Below, piece by piece: positions 1 to 10,077 of a stretch of 64,000 nt of DNA. Within the stretch, counting starts at the first letter, position 1. Each line of letters starts with the position of its first letter. The notes beneath the pieces are model-generated. The model did not search any database. It worked only from the letters and a program-made list of their open reading frames with translations, and was not told the DNA's origin. The stretch comes from an uncultured bacterium (GTDB taxonomy: Bacteria > Hydrothermota > UBA3073 > NMUJ01 > CBEVQO01). The position numbers and the translations under genes were made by a program. The DNA lies in NCBI GenBank assembly GCA_965552055.1, contig CBEVQO010000002.1:416001-480000 (forward strand). The letters run 5' to 3'.

Positions 1-524
1 GAAGATGTGGTTGAAACCGTATCCCAGGAGGATGTCTTTTTTCTCTCTTTCATTAAAATTCTCCCTTCTTTTATCGAATAGCTGGGTGATAAGCCCATTG
101 CTAATGAAAATGACCTTTTTACAAATATAATCTTAAAAAGTTCAAAGCCCGTAGAAAATAAATTTGCTTTATATTCTTTTTTTCTAAAAATAAATTCTAC
201 CGTAGTATCTGTTACTGTAAATGTATCATAAATATCATTAGAATAAGTGATTGCTTCCACTGCTACGCTATCTCCATGTGTCCATTTTTTATATGCCACA
301 TCAAAACCGAGCGATATTTTTTTAAATGGACGATATAAAATTGTATACTCTGATGGCAGATAAGCAGCAAATGACTGAAAGAGATCAATTAAATACGGCG
401 ATACATATAAATAACTCCTTTGAGAGAAAGCACTCGATAAATTGACTCCGAACACTAATTTTCCTTTAACTTCGTCAAAAGATAAACTCTGGAAAGCCAA
501 CCCGATTAAAAATAACCCCATCAT
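1..524 (-). CDS. Partial hypothetical exported/outer-membrane protein (runs off the window start)
   Basis: Not in the ORF track because it has no stop in the window. Manual translation from ATG 524 gives MMGLFLIGLAFQSLSFDEVKGKLVFGVNLSS...; signal-like N-terminus and beta-strand-like pattern. Confidence 0.6.
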   Translation of the reverse strand, partial: MMGLFLIGLAFQSLSFDEVKGKLVFGVNLSSAFSQRSYLYVSPYLIDLFQSFAAYLPSEYTILYRPFKKISLGFDVAYKKWTHGDSVAVEAITYSNDIYDTFTVTDTTVEFIFRKKEYKANLFSTGFELFKIIFVKRSFSLAMGLSPSYSIKEGRILMKERKKTSSWDTVSTTS

Positions 525-544
525 TAATGGTTAAAAATCATTTG

Positions 545-1411
545 TTAATGCTTTTTTAAAATTTTTGCAAAGTCAGGGTCGTATTCTTTTAACTTTTCTA
601 TTTGTCTATCATACCAGCTCTTTGATTTTCTAGCGAATATATGTCTCTTTGACGATTTACTTTCTATATCAATGTGCACATTTTTGGCTGAATTTTTCGC
701 CCAGAAATATCCTGTGCCGTTACCTGTCACATTTCCTCCTATAGTGCGACCTATCCATGGGCCACTTATTGCAGTGACTGATATCTCTCCACTTCCATAA
801 AATACGCTATCAACATATGCTGGGAAAAGCCTTTTTGCTGGAATTAAAACAGAAGTGCCTGTTTGTTCGATTGTGGTATCAAAGTCAAACCAGTCCTCAT
901 AACCACTTGTATCACGATAATCGTACCATATAGAAATACATATCTCGTAATAGTCTGCACCAGTAGCTTCATCCCAACTTATATTTAAATCTTTATTTTG
1001 ATGCAAAGTATCATCCTCGCTGGGTGAAGTTATCTCAAAATCACCCGGTAATGTCACTGTTGCCTCTGCTGTGCCATCAGAGTGATAAACCTTTAGCTTT
1101 AATTCTTTACCAGGTTCATAATCGCATTTATCCTTAGACCACTCACTATACCAACCGTACTCTCCCCAACTATAGTAATAACCAAGTTTGAGTGTATCAT
1201 CGTTTATCGTAACTACCGGCACCAAACGAGTACCATCAACTTCAACATACGCTTTTGTCCGTCTCTCGTCATCCCCATAATAACTTCTATTAACATATCC
1301 CATAATCGCTGTTCCGAAACTGATTGTTGTAGCGCCTTCCTCTTTTTTACACCCGTAAGTGGCTCCGAGCACCAATGCCACAACCCCCACAATTTTAACA
1401 ACATGCTTCAT
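545..1411 (-). CDS. Hypothetical lipoprotein with Ig/FN3-like region
   Basis: Lipobox-like ATYGC after a hydrophobic stretch; strong SD GGAGGGGG; own promoter. Confidence 0.65.
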   Translation of the reverse strand: MKHVVKIVGVVALVLGATYGCKKEEGATTISFGTAIMGYVNRSYYGDDERRTKAYVEVDGTRLVPVVTINDDTLKLGYYYSWGEYGWYSEWSKDKCDYEPGKELKLKVYHSDGTAEATVTLPGDFEITSPSEDDTLHQNKDLNISWDEATGADYYEICISIWYDYRDTSGYEDWFDFDTTIEQTGTSVLIPAKRLFPAYVDSVFYGSGEISVTAISGPWIGRTIGGNVTGNGTGYFWAKNSAKNVHIDIESKSSKRHIFARKSKSWYDRQIEKLKEYDPDFAKILKKH

Positions 1412-1431
1412 TACCCCCTCCCTTTTATTGA

Positions 1432-1458
1432 ATCATAATCACCCTATGAGTTTGTCAA
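1432..1458 (-). promoter_or_regulatory. Sigma70-like promoter TTGACA-N15-TATGAT
   Basis: Read directly; upstream of the SD of 545..1411. Confidence 0.7.
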
Positions 1459-1477
1459 TAAAAATTTTTAAAAATTT

Positions 1478-4300
1478 TTATTTTACTACGGACAAAGGCA
1501 AATTATTATCAAAATCGCCGTCTAAATCCGGGTTTTGCTTTCCTGCTGTTGCATTTCTCACCCTTTTATAAACCCAGTTGTATAATTCTCTCAGACGAAC
1601 AAATCCATCCCTATCTGTATCTGCCGAGCCCCGTAACCCTTTTATCAAATAATAGGTGAAAACGCCGTGATTATCCCATTTCTCTCCTTCAAAGGATACT
1701 TCACCAGCACTTGAGGCAGACATCACCGCCAAACTCCTGCGTGAAAGCGCAAGCTCTTCTATCAACTGCGAAACAAGATAATGTATCAATCCTCTCTTTA
1801 AACCGATTTCATCAATAAAACCACCAGAATGACAGGCATCTATGAAGAACACAATCTTACCTGCACGCGATAATTTAAGCAACCGTATAATATCCGAACT
1901 CGGAATGCCTGTAGCTGCTATTTTATCTGTTTCCGCATCATAGGGCAAAAAGTATAACTCATTGGCATAAGGAATACCGTGCAAAGCAAGATAACAAATA
2001 ACCATGTCATCTTTTCCTGCTCCTTTTAAAACCTTCTCAAAAGCATCAACTATATTTTTTCTGCTCGCTTTTTTATCTATTAAAAACCATATTTTATCAG
2101 GTGTAGCCCCGATAAACGGACTTTTCACAAGTTTATAAAAAGAAAGAGCATCGTTTGAAGCAGCCTTTAAGCGCAAGGATTTTTCCCTGTAATTTGAAAT
2201 CCCTATCACTATCGCCCAAATGGTAGGCAAAGAAAATTCCCTTCTGTCAATTACAAATTCATAAGAAGATTTTAAACCTTCCACATCTTCCGCTTCTATC
2301 CTCACATAATTTCTGCCTTCTCTTAACTTTATCTTCTCACTTATTTTATAAACTTTGCCAAAAATTTTCTTTTGTTTTAGTACCATGCCTCTTACTTCTT
2401 TTTTATTAAGGAAAATTTTCACATCCTTTATTCCCTTATCATCGAAAACCGCTCCATAAATTTCGTAAAATTCTTTATCTGTCTTCACATAAGAATCTTT
2501 TGGTTTGCTTATGGCAATTATTGGTGGGTTTTTCAAAAATATTCTGTAATATCTTATTTTTGGCTTTTCTTTTAAAATTTTGATTTTCTCCAGATTTTCT
2601 TTTCTTATCCATCCCGATAATCCTTTTTCTTCTATTTTAACCCATTCACCCATTTTTGCGGAAATAACTATATTTTGTCCAGAATCAATTTCTGCAATAA
2701 CAGGTAAGAAATCGCCTGCACCTGCATAAACTTTGACCCTGCTTTTTGTTCTGTAAAAATCTTTCACTTTCACAATTTTTGAAGGACGCATTTTTACAGG
2801 TAATTTTATATTAAATTCCCTTTTTATTCCCCAGAATTTATCAAAAATTTCAATTTTTAGAGGGATTTCTTTCCCTTTATATGCTGGTTTGCATGAAAAA
2901 TAAAATTTTGCTATTTTAACCTCCTGCGGATAGATTTTGCCAATTTCTTTTTCGGTCTTTGTGTGAAATTCAATATTTTTATAGTTTTTTGGTTTTATTT
3001 TAATTTTGACATCTCTACCTTCACCTGCACCTATATTTTTTACAAAAACATAAAGATTTATTCCTTCACCAGGTTGCACTATTCCATCGCCATTTCCCGG
3101 CTGGTCTTTAACCCTGTAAATGCAGGTAAAATCAGGATGTGGTAAACCCTCAACATAAATTTCTGTTCCTATATCCTGTGGATAATATCCATTATATTCT
3201 GTGAATTTTATTTCCAGAGGTATTTTTTGGGATTTTAAAGTTTCAGGTATTTCACAAATTAAAGATTTTGTGATTTCTTCTCCGGGTTTTAATCTTCCGA
3301 TTTCAAATTTTAAACCATTGAATATTTTTGACCTCGATTTTACAATTGCTTTTAAGCCATAAAATGTTCCGTCACCAATATTTTTTATTTTTAATTTCAG
3401 TAAAATTGACTCTCCTGCTCTTATGTGGTTACCGGGAAGTATCTGCAGGTCGCACCGAGCATAAGGCGTGCCACCCGGTTCTCCATGAAGATCGAGCAAA
3501 CTTAAAACTTTAAATTCATAAATCGGGCAAAAATCAACATTTTTAACTTTTAAAGTATAATTACCAGAAGGAGCATCTTCATCAATCTTTATCCTGACAG
3601 GAATTGATACCGCTTCACCAGGTTCTAACTCTTTTACTCTCTTCAAAACAGAAACTTCTGCATGATTTAACAAACTGCCTTCAAGAATCAAAGGAAAACT
3701 CTCAGATTTTAGATTCCCTCTATTCTCAATTTCTATATTGAGCATTTGATATTCTCCTGCTTCGAGTACTTTCTTTTTTGCATATATTTCTGCATATAAT
3801 TCTGGCGTATATTTTTTTATTTTCAAAGACCTTATCTCACCGAGCATTATTCCTGCTGATAAGAAAGGAGATATTTTTCCTTTTGTAAACTCTGCACCTG
3901 CTGATAATTCACCCGATATAACTCCTTTGCAGAACCTAACGCTTAAATTTGCTCTCCCTGTTTTCAATGTATCAAAAGGCTTTTGTAAATTTTGTGTCGC
4001 CCATCCGCACAGAGATAAATTTAAAAATGTGGAAAATTCGATTTGACCTGTTTTAAATGTTTTACCAAAAAGTGATAGGTAAAGATTTACAGGTAAAAAT
4101 AGGAATTTCTGACCAGAATCTATAAATGCTTCGCAGATGGAAGTGCCGATGCCTATCCCGGGAAAACCAGTACCCACGCTCATTCTTCCTGCTTTTATTT
4201 CTTTTTGATATTGATTTGCACCCAGATAAATGTAATCAAAGGAAATCCAGCCTTCGGGTTTATACTTTACCTGTAAAAGCAAAAAAAATATCCACATCAT
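1478..4300 (-). CDS. Exported multidomain protein with Ig-like (CARDB/NEW3-type) repeats, SH3-like domain and C-terminal caspase-family (peptidase C14) domain
   Basis: WAIVIGISNY, ALHG and FIDACHSG (His/Cys dyad), HGVFTYYLIKGLRGSAD, KQNP; SH3b-like EWVKIEEKGLSGWI. Confidence 0.8.
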   Translation of the reverse strand: MMWIFFLLLQVKYKPEGWISFDYIYLGANQYQKEIKAGRMSVGTGFPGIGIGTSICEAFIDSGQKFLFLPVNLYLSLFGKTFKTGQIEFSTFLNLSLCGWATQNLQKPFDTLKTGRANLSVRFCKGVISGELSAGAEFTKGKISPFLSAGIMLGEIRSLKIKKYTPELYAEIYAKKKVLEAGEYQMLNIEIENRGNLKSESFPLILEGSLLNHAEVSVLKRVKELEPGEAVSIPVRIKIDEDAPSGNYTLKVKNVDFCPIYEFKVLSLLDLHGEPGGTPYARCDLQILPGNHIRAGESILLKLKIKNIGDGTFYGLKAIVKSRSKIFNGLKFEIGRLKPGEEITKSLICEIPETLKSQKIPLEIKFTEYNGYYPQDIGTEIYVEGLPHPDFTCIYRVKDQPGNGDGIVQPGEGINLYVFVKNIGAGEGRDVKIKIKPKNYKNIEFHTKTEKEIGKIYPQEVKIAKFYFSCKPAYKGKEIPLKIEIFDKFWGIKREFNIKLPVKMRPSKIVKVKDFYRTKSRVKVYAGAGDFLPVIAEIDSGQNIVISAKMGEWVKIEEKGLSGWIRKENLEKIKILKEKPKIRYYRIFLKNPPIIAISKPKDSYVKTDKEFYEIYGAVFDDKGIKDVKIFLNKKEVRGMVLKQKKIFGKVYKISEKIKLREGRNYVRIEAEDVEGLKSSYEFVIDRREFSLPTIWAIVIGISNYREKSLRLKAASNDALSFYKLVKSPFIGATPDKIWFLIDKKASRKNIVDAFEKVLKGAGKDDMVICYLALHGIPYANELYFLPYDAETDKIAATGIPSSDIIRLLKLSRAGKIVFFIDACHSGGFIDEIGLKRGLIHYLVSQLIEELALSRRSLAVMSASSAGEVSFEGEKWDNHGVFTYYLIKGLRGSADTDRDGFVRLRELYNWVYKRVRNATAGKQNPDLDGDFDNNLPLSVVK

Positions 4301-4363
4301 TTATTATTCGATTTTAAATTTTACAACTTTATTTTTTTCGAGATTTTTTATTTTGAGAGATAT

Positions 4364-7300
4364 TCACCTTTCGAATCTTCCGCAGCAGTGTTTGTATTTT
4401 TTACCGCTACCGCATGGACATGGGTCATTTCTTCCAACTTTTTTATGTGGTCTCCTGTATGGCTCTGATGTGGTACCAACAGGTTGTGGACGCTGAGGTT
4501 CTGCTGGTTTCACCCCAAGTGCCTCTGGTGTAAGGTCTGAAAGGCGCTGTACTTCGGGCTTGTATGCAACCATTGGACGCTTTTTCTCTTCCTCCGGTAT
4601 AATAAATCTTAAACCAAATAAATGCCTTATAGTTTCTCTGTTAATCTGGGACAATAATTCTTCAAACATCGCAAATGCTTCATGCTTATACTCTACAAGG
4701 GGATCACGCTGAGCGTATCCCCTTAAACCTATCCCTTCTCTCAATGCATCAAGTTCATAAAGATGTTCACGCCACTTCCTATCAAGAGTGAAAAGTAAAA
4801 CCTGTTTCTCCAGCTCTCTCATATTCTCTTCTCCAAGTTCTTCTTCTCTTTGCTTATAAAGTGCAAAAATTGTTTCTTTAATTGTTCGCTCTATTTCATC
4901 TCGCTTTTTCTCAAGTAATTTTTCTTTCGGAACAACTATATCAACAAGGAATACATCCCGAATCTCAGAAAGCATTCCTTCAATATTCCATTCATCCGGG
5001 TCTTTTGAACTCAAATGTTTGTCAAAAATTTCTTCGAGAGTTTCCTCTATCATCTCTTTTACTCTCTCTTTTAAATTATCTTCTGCAAGAATCTGGTCTC
5101 TCATCTTATAAATCGTTTCTCTTTGTTTATTCAACACATCGTCGTATTCAAGTAGATGCTTTCTAATCCCAAAGTGAAATTTTTCCACTCTCTTTTGTGC
5201 ATTTTCTATTGATTTTGTAACCCATTTATGCTCTATTGGCTGGTCATCTTTCATTCCGAATCTTTCCATTATCGGTATCATCCTGTCACCACCGAACAAT
5301 CTCATCAAATCATCTTCAAGGGATACATAGAAGCGCACAGAACCTGGGTCGCCCTGTCTTGCGCATCTACCAGCGAGCTGAAGGTCTATTCGCCTTGCTT
5401 CGTGCCTTTCCGAACCTATTATATGTAAGCCACATTTTGGTTTTTCTCTGCATTCTTTTTTACATTGATTACGCCATTCTTTGTTTTTTCTTTTCTCTTC
5501 ATCAGGACAATTATCGCATCCCACAGTTTTTTCGAACTCACAGTTTATACAGCATTGTTTGCATTTCACAACTCCAGGTCCCAGTTTTATATCTGTTCCT
5601 CTTCCTGCCATATTTGTAGCAATTGTTACTTTGCCTTTTTGACCTGCCAGTGCAACGATTTCTGCTTCCCTCTGGTGATGCTTTGCATTCAAAACTTCGT
5701 GCTTTATGCCCCTTCTTTTTAGCATCCTCGATAACATCTCTGACACTTCAACCGATGTCGTTCCAATTAAAATTGGTCTCCCTGTTTTGTGGACTTCTTC
5801 TATTTCTTTCATTATTGCTCTGTATTTCTCTCTCTTTGTCTTATAAACTTTATCATCAAACCATACTCTTCTTACTGGCTTATGTGTCGGTATTTGCACC
5901 ACTTCGAGTTTATAAATTGTCCAGAATTCTTCTGCTTCTGTATGCGCTGTTCCTGTCATTCCTGCCAGTTTTTCATACATTCTAAAATAGTTTTGCAAAG
6001 TTATTGTGGCAAGAGTTTGGGTTTCTTCTTCAATTTTTACACCTTCTTTTGCTTCGAGTGCCTGATGTAAACCATCCGAATATCTTCTTCCTGGCATCAA
6101 TCTACCTGTAAATTCATCAACGATTATCACTTTGCCATTTTGCACAACATATTCAACATCGCGTTCAAACAGGGTATATGCTTTTATAAGCTGGGTTATG
6201 GCATGTGCCCTTTCTGCCTTCTCTGCATATTCTCTTTGTATTCTCTGTTTTTCAAAGAATTTCTCTCTTGGTGATAAATTCGGGTCTTTATCTACTTTTT
6301 TCAGTTCTGTTGCTAAATCCGGTAATTTGAAAAATTCTGGGTCACCATGGGCTAACTCTTTTCTACCCATCTCCGAAATATTCACAGTATGAGCTTTTTC
6401 ATCTATTGCGAAATATAATTGCTCATCAAGTTCATGCAGTTTTTTCTCCCTCATATATTCTGCTTCAACTTCTTCTATAAGGCGTTTGATTCGTGCTTCC
6501 TGTTCCAGCTTCATTAACCTTTTGTGTTTGGGCATTCCTCTTTTTGCTATCAACAATTTTTTACCTGCTTCTTTTTCTTTACCTTCCTTTAATAAGCGTT
6601 CGGCTTCTGCTACTATTTTGTTTATCAAATCCCTCTGTAATGCTACAACTCTTCTAACTCTTGGGTTTAATTTTTGATATGTTTTATTCAAAACAGATTC
6701 AACAGGTCCTGAAATTATGAGAGGGGTTCTTGCTTCGTCAATCAAGATACTATCAACTTCGTCAACGATTGCATAATGATGACCACGCTGTACTTTGTCT
6801 TCTAATCTCAAAACCATATTATCACGCAAATAGTCAAATCCAAATTCATTATTTGTTCCATAGGTTATATCGCAATTATACTGGGGCTTTCTGTCTTCCG
6901 GTCCCATGCCCATTTGTATCACGCCAACGGTCAATCCGAGAAGTTCATAAACAGGTCCCATCCATTCTTTATCACGGCGTGCAAGGTAATCGTTTACAGT
7001 TACAAGATGACATGAGCCCCGAGGTTTTCCATCCACCATGAAATCTCTTTCACCTTTAAGACCTCTTGCTCTGTGAATAACAGCGTTTAAATAAAGTGGC
7101 ATGGTTGCTACGAGTGTTTTTCCTTCGCCTGTTGCCATCTCTGCGATTTTACCCTGATGCAAAACTATCGCTCCAAGCAACTGCACATCATAGGGAATCA
7201 TATTCCAGTCCCAGAAATGTCCCGTCACCTTCCATTTTTTACCACAGAGTATCTCGCATGCGAGTTTTACAAGAGCATAAGCTTCATAAAGTATTTTTTC

Positions 7301-7549
7301 ATCGGGATTTTCACCATCTGCAATTCTCTTCACAAATTCTTCCGTCATCCAGAAATCTCCTGCTTCTTCCTGTGTTTCTCCAGAATATCTTGCTACTACG
7401 AGTTTTGCACGCTCTTCGAGTTCGTTTCTCAATTTCGTGTCATTCCTTAATTTTTCGTAGATTTCATTTATCCTTTTTACCTGTGGCCATAACTTTTTGA
7501 GTGCACGCTCATTGGCTGTGCCAAAAATTTTGGTCAAAAGATTTAACAT
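4364..7549 (-). CDS. secA: Preprotein translocase ATPase SecA
   Basis: MATGEGKT, DEVDSILIDEARTPLIISG, TNMAGRGTDI, GRCARQGDPG; C-terminal SEC-C motif CPCGSGKKYKHCC. Confidence 0.98.
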   Translation of the reverse strand: MLNLLTKIFGTANERALKKLWPQVKRINEIYEKLRNDTKLRNELEERAKLVVARYSGETQEEAGDFWMTEEFVKRIADGENPDEKILYEAYALVKLACEILCGKKWKVTGHFWDWNMIPYDVQLLGAIVLHQGKIAEMATGEGKTLVATMPLYLNAVIHRARGLKGERDFMVDGKPRGSCHLVTVNDYLARRDKEWMGPVYELLGLTVGVIQMGMGPEDRKPQYNCDITYGTNNEFGFDYLRDNMVLRLEDKVQRGHHYAIVDEVDSILIDEARTPLIISGPVESVLNKTYQKLNPRVRRVVALQRDLINKIVAEAERLLKEGKEKEAGKKLLIAKRGMPKHKRLMKLEQEARIKRLIEEVEAEYMREKKLHELDEQLYFAIDEKAHTVNISEMGRKELAHGDPEFFKLPDLATELKKVDKDPNLSPREKFFEKQRIQREYAEKAERAHAITQLIKAYTLFERDVEYVVQNGKVIIVDEFTGRLMPGRRYSDGLHQALEAKEGVKIEEETQTLATITLQNYFRMYEKLAGMTGTAHTEAEEFWTIYKLEVVQIPTHKPVRRVWFDDKVYKTKREKYRAIMKEIEEVHKTGRPILIGTTSVEVSEMLSRMLKRRGIKHEVLNAKHHQREAEIVALAGQKGKVTIATNMAGRGTDIKLGPGVVKCKQCCINCEFEKTVGCDNCPDEEKRKNKEWRNQCKKECREKPKCGLHIIGSERHEARRIDLQLAGRCARQGDPGSVRFYVSLEDDLMRLFGGDRMIPIMERFGMKDDQPIEHKWVTKSIENAQKRVEKFHFGIRKHLLEYDDVLNKQRETIYKMRDQILAEDNLKERVKEMIEETLEEIFDKHLSSKDPDEWNIEGMLSEIRDVFLVDIVVPKEKLLEKKRDEIERTIKETIFALYKQREEELGEENMRELEKQVLLFTLDRKWREHLYELDALREGIGLRGYAQRDPLVEYKHEAFAMFEELLSQINRETIRHLFGLRFIIPEEEKKRPMVAYKPEVQRLSDLTPEALGVKPAEPQRPQPVGTTSEPYRRPHKKVGRNDPCPCGSGKKYKHCCGRFER

Positions 7550-7567
7550 CTTGCCCCCCTATCAATA

Positions 7568-7594
7568 AATTTAATTAAATTTTTATAAAGTCAA
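7568..7594 (-). promoter_or_regulatory. Promoter TTGACT-N15-TAAATT for secA
   Basis: Read directly. Confidence 0.65.
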
Positions 7595-7596
7595 GC

Positions 7597-8787
7597 TTAA
7601 TCTTCTTTCCACACAGGATACATAACTTTTCCTATGAATAAAATTGTCCCCGTATAATTGTCAAATATTACAAAGACGAAAGGCCTGTTTACATAAAAAT
7701 AAGGTGGAAGAGACACAATTAAATCCATCACTGTAACAGCAGATGCCTCTGTGCCTTCTTCATCCACCTGAATGAATGTCGCATGGATTGCTTTTCTTAT
7801 CCAGGGACATAATGTATCTTCAAATATATCTTTAAAATTTGCTTTTCCTGGAGTAAACGCTATTCCCATACCAAGTGAAGTTAATGCTTCTTTCATAGTG
7901 TTATCATACTTACATTTAATTTTAAATTTTGGAAAGTAAATGTGTACGGTGCATTCTGTAAAATCGTTGAGCCATCTTTCCCAATTTTCAGAATTCATAT
8001 TATTTATAACAGTATCAATGTTGCTCTCTGGTAGAATTACCATCATATTGAAATTTCCGTTACCATAAGGCAGGATAATTGCATCGAATTTATCTTCATC
8101 CAAATATTTGCAATATATTTTTTGACGCATCATATAGCATGGGATTTTGCCTGTGGGAGAGTAAAAAGTATCTATGAAAGTGCTTTCTTCTGGAAATCTG
8201 AAAGTCCATATTCCTTTGTAATAGAGGGCGTTTACAAGAACCATTACATCTTCAGGGTCTATGTAATCCACAACATCTTCTATTTTGCCATTTGTTTCCG
8301 TTTCTATCCAGTTATTTATCACATCTTTTGCATTCGGGTCGCCAAAGTTAAGAGCTGTGATTTTTGCATCAAAATATTTCTCACATGTGGATTTGAACTT
8401 ATCTCTCACTTTTAAATCTTCTCTATACCATATTGAGTTTGCGATGTTTAACTTCACTCTGTTATCAAGTTGTGGCAATAAATCTTTTATCTTTCTGTAA
8501 GTGTAGTTTATTTCGTCATCTGTAAGTCCATCAAATCCAAGCACATTTTTCATTGCCTTTTCCGTGCTATCCCTTGCGCCATTGAGGAGCATACCCAGTG
8601 CCATTGATGCGCTTAAAGGTGATATCACAATATTCGTATCGCCCTCAATTTTGTTTATCTCCCTGAAAAGATTAAAGCCGAATTCGTTGAATCCATCCAC
8701 TATTTCTGTATCGGTGAGAGTGAGTTTAGGAAGTCCTGTCTCCCTGCATCCCCAGAAACAAATTAAAATGAGGATAAGATAACGCAT
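7597..8787 (-). CDS. Serpin (likely lipoprotein)
   Basis: NIVISPLS, NALYYKGIW, hinge EEGTEASAVT, VNRPFVF; lipobox-like FWGC. Confidence 0.93.
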   Translation of the reverse strand: MRYLILILICFWGCRETGLPKLTLTDTEIVDGFNEFGFNLFREINKIEGDTNIVISPLSASMALGMLLNGARDSTEKAMKNVLGFDGLTDDEINYTYRKIKDLLPQLDNRVKLNIANSIWYREDLKVRDKFKSTCEKYFDAKITALNFGDPNAKDVINNWIETETNGKIEDVVDYIDPEDVMVLVNALYYKGIWTFRFPEESTFIDTFYSPTGKIPCYMMRQKIYCKYLDEDKFDAIILPYGNGNFNMMVILPESNIDTVINNMNSENWERWLNDFTECTVHIYFPKFKIKCKYDNTMKEALTSLGMGIAFTPGKANFKDIFEDTLCPWIRKAIHATFIQVDEEGTEASAVTVMDLIVSLPPYFYVNRPFVFVIFDNYTGTILFIGKVMYPVWKED

Positions 8788-8788
8788 C

Positions 8789-9949
8789 TTACCCCCTATC
8801 TTCTTTCCACACAGGATACATAACTTTGCCTATGAATAGAATTGTCTTTGTGTATTTGTCAAATATTACAAAAATGAAAGGTCTGTTCACATGAAATAGT
8901 ATGGGAATCCTATGTATTACGCGTTTCTCGAGAACAACCGAAGTTGCAGCGACTGCTTCTGTGCCTTCTTCGTCCACTCTGATGAATGTCGCATGCTTTA
9001 CCCTATCTATCCAGATTTGTTCATCGGTAATGTCTCTAAAATTTGCCAAAATGCGAGAAAAAGCTATTTTCATATCCAGAGCTTTAAGCACATCGTTTAG
9101 TTCGTATTTACACTTAATTTTAAATTTGGGTAAATGTACTTCTACTTCTCTATCTTTGAATTTCTTCAATAAATCCTGCCATTTCTGTGGATTAAACAAT
9201 AAAATTATGTCATCAACATTTATTTTTTCATGCGGAAGGATAATCATCATTTCAAATCTCTCTTTATCCTTTTTACCGTACGGCAAAATAATAGCCGAAA
9301 ATTTATCGTCAGAAAAATATTTACAGGTGATTTCCCTTTTCATCATATAACAGAGCATTTTACCTTCAGGAGTATAAAATGTATCAATATAGGTTTTTTC
9401 TTTGTCAAATTTATAAGCCCAAAGTCCCTTAAAATAAACAGCGTTAATCAAAAACATCACATCAAGTGGTTTTATAGTATCTACTATTTTTTCAATCTTT
9501 CCTCTCGTTTTTCTTTTAACCCAGTTATTTATGGTATCTTTTGCCCATTTTTTAGTAAAATCTAAATCTCTTATTTCTGCATCAAAATATTTCTTGTTTA
9601 CTTCTATGAATTTCTTTTTCACTTTAAAACCTTTGCGATACCATATTGAATTTGCCACATCCATTGTTATTGCAGAATCCCTCTTTAATAAACTATCTTT
9701 TAACTCTCTGTAAATTTTGTTTATTTCATCTTTTTTGAGATTTGAAAATCCCAAGACATTTTTAATTGCTTTTTCTGTACTGTCTCTCGCACCGTTAAGC
9801 AACATACCGAGTGCCACTGATACACTTAAAGGTGATATTACCACATTTGTGTCTCCTTCAATCTCATTTACTTTTTTGAATAGTTTAAAAGTAAATTCGT
9901 TGAATGGAGAGGAAATCAAGTTATATAATATCAAAAATAAAAGCATCAT
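8789..9949 (-). CDS. Serpin (exported), paralog of 7597..8787
   Basis: NVVISPLS, NAVYFKGLW, hinge EEGTEAVAAT, VNRPFIF. Confidence 0.93.
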   Translation of the reverse strand: MMLLFLILYNLISSPFNEFTFKLFKKVNEIEGDTNVVISPLSVSVALGMLLNGARDSTEKAIKNVLGFSNLKKDEINKIYRELKDSLLKRDSAITMDVANSIWYRKGFKVKKKFIEVNKKYFDAEIRDLDFTKKWAKDTINNWVKRKTRGKIEKIVDTIKPLDVMFLINAVYFKGLWAYKFDKEKTYIDTFYTPEGKMLCYMMKREITCKYFSDDKFSAIILPYGKKDKERFEMMIILPHEKINVDDIILLFNPQKWQDLLKKFKDREVEVHLPKFKIKCKYELNDVLKALDMKIAFSRILANFRDITDEQIWIDRVKHATFIRVDEEGTEAVAATSVVLEKRVIHRIPILFHVNRPFIFVIFDKYTKTILFIGKVMYPVWKEDRG

Positions 9950-10077
9950 CGCCAGTATTGTGGATTTTCGCTTTCCAAAATTTCGCCTTTGATTATTATT
10001 TTATCCTTACTGCCAAGTATCCTCCTCAATGTTTTTATCTTCTTTTTCAATGACTTTAATTTACCAAATTTCTTCAT
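9946..10077 (-). CDS. Small basic protein, 43 aa (MKKFGKLKSLKKKIKTLRRILGSKDKIIIKGEILESENPQYWR)
   Basis: Below the ORF-track cutoff. Fills the gap exactly, with a TGATG overlap to the upstream kinase stop and an ATGA overlap to the serpin start. Confidence 0.6.
   Translation of the reverse strand: MKKFGKLKSLKKKIKTLRRILGSKDKIIIKGEILESENPQYWR

Noticed and set aside
4882..9992. Many short antisense ORFs over secA and the serpins, and similar ORFs across the window
   Set aside because: They lie on the opposite strand or in an alternative frame of well-supported genes and show no recognisable motifs.
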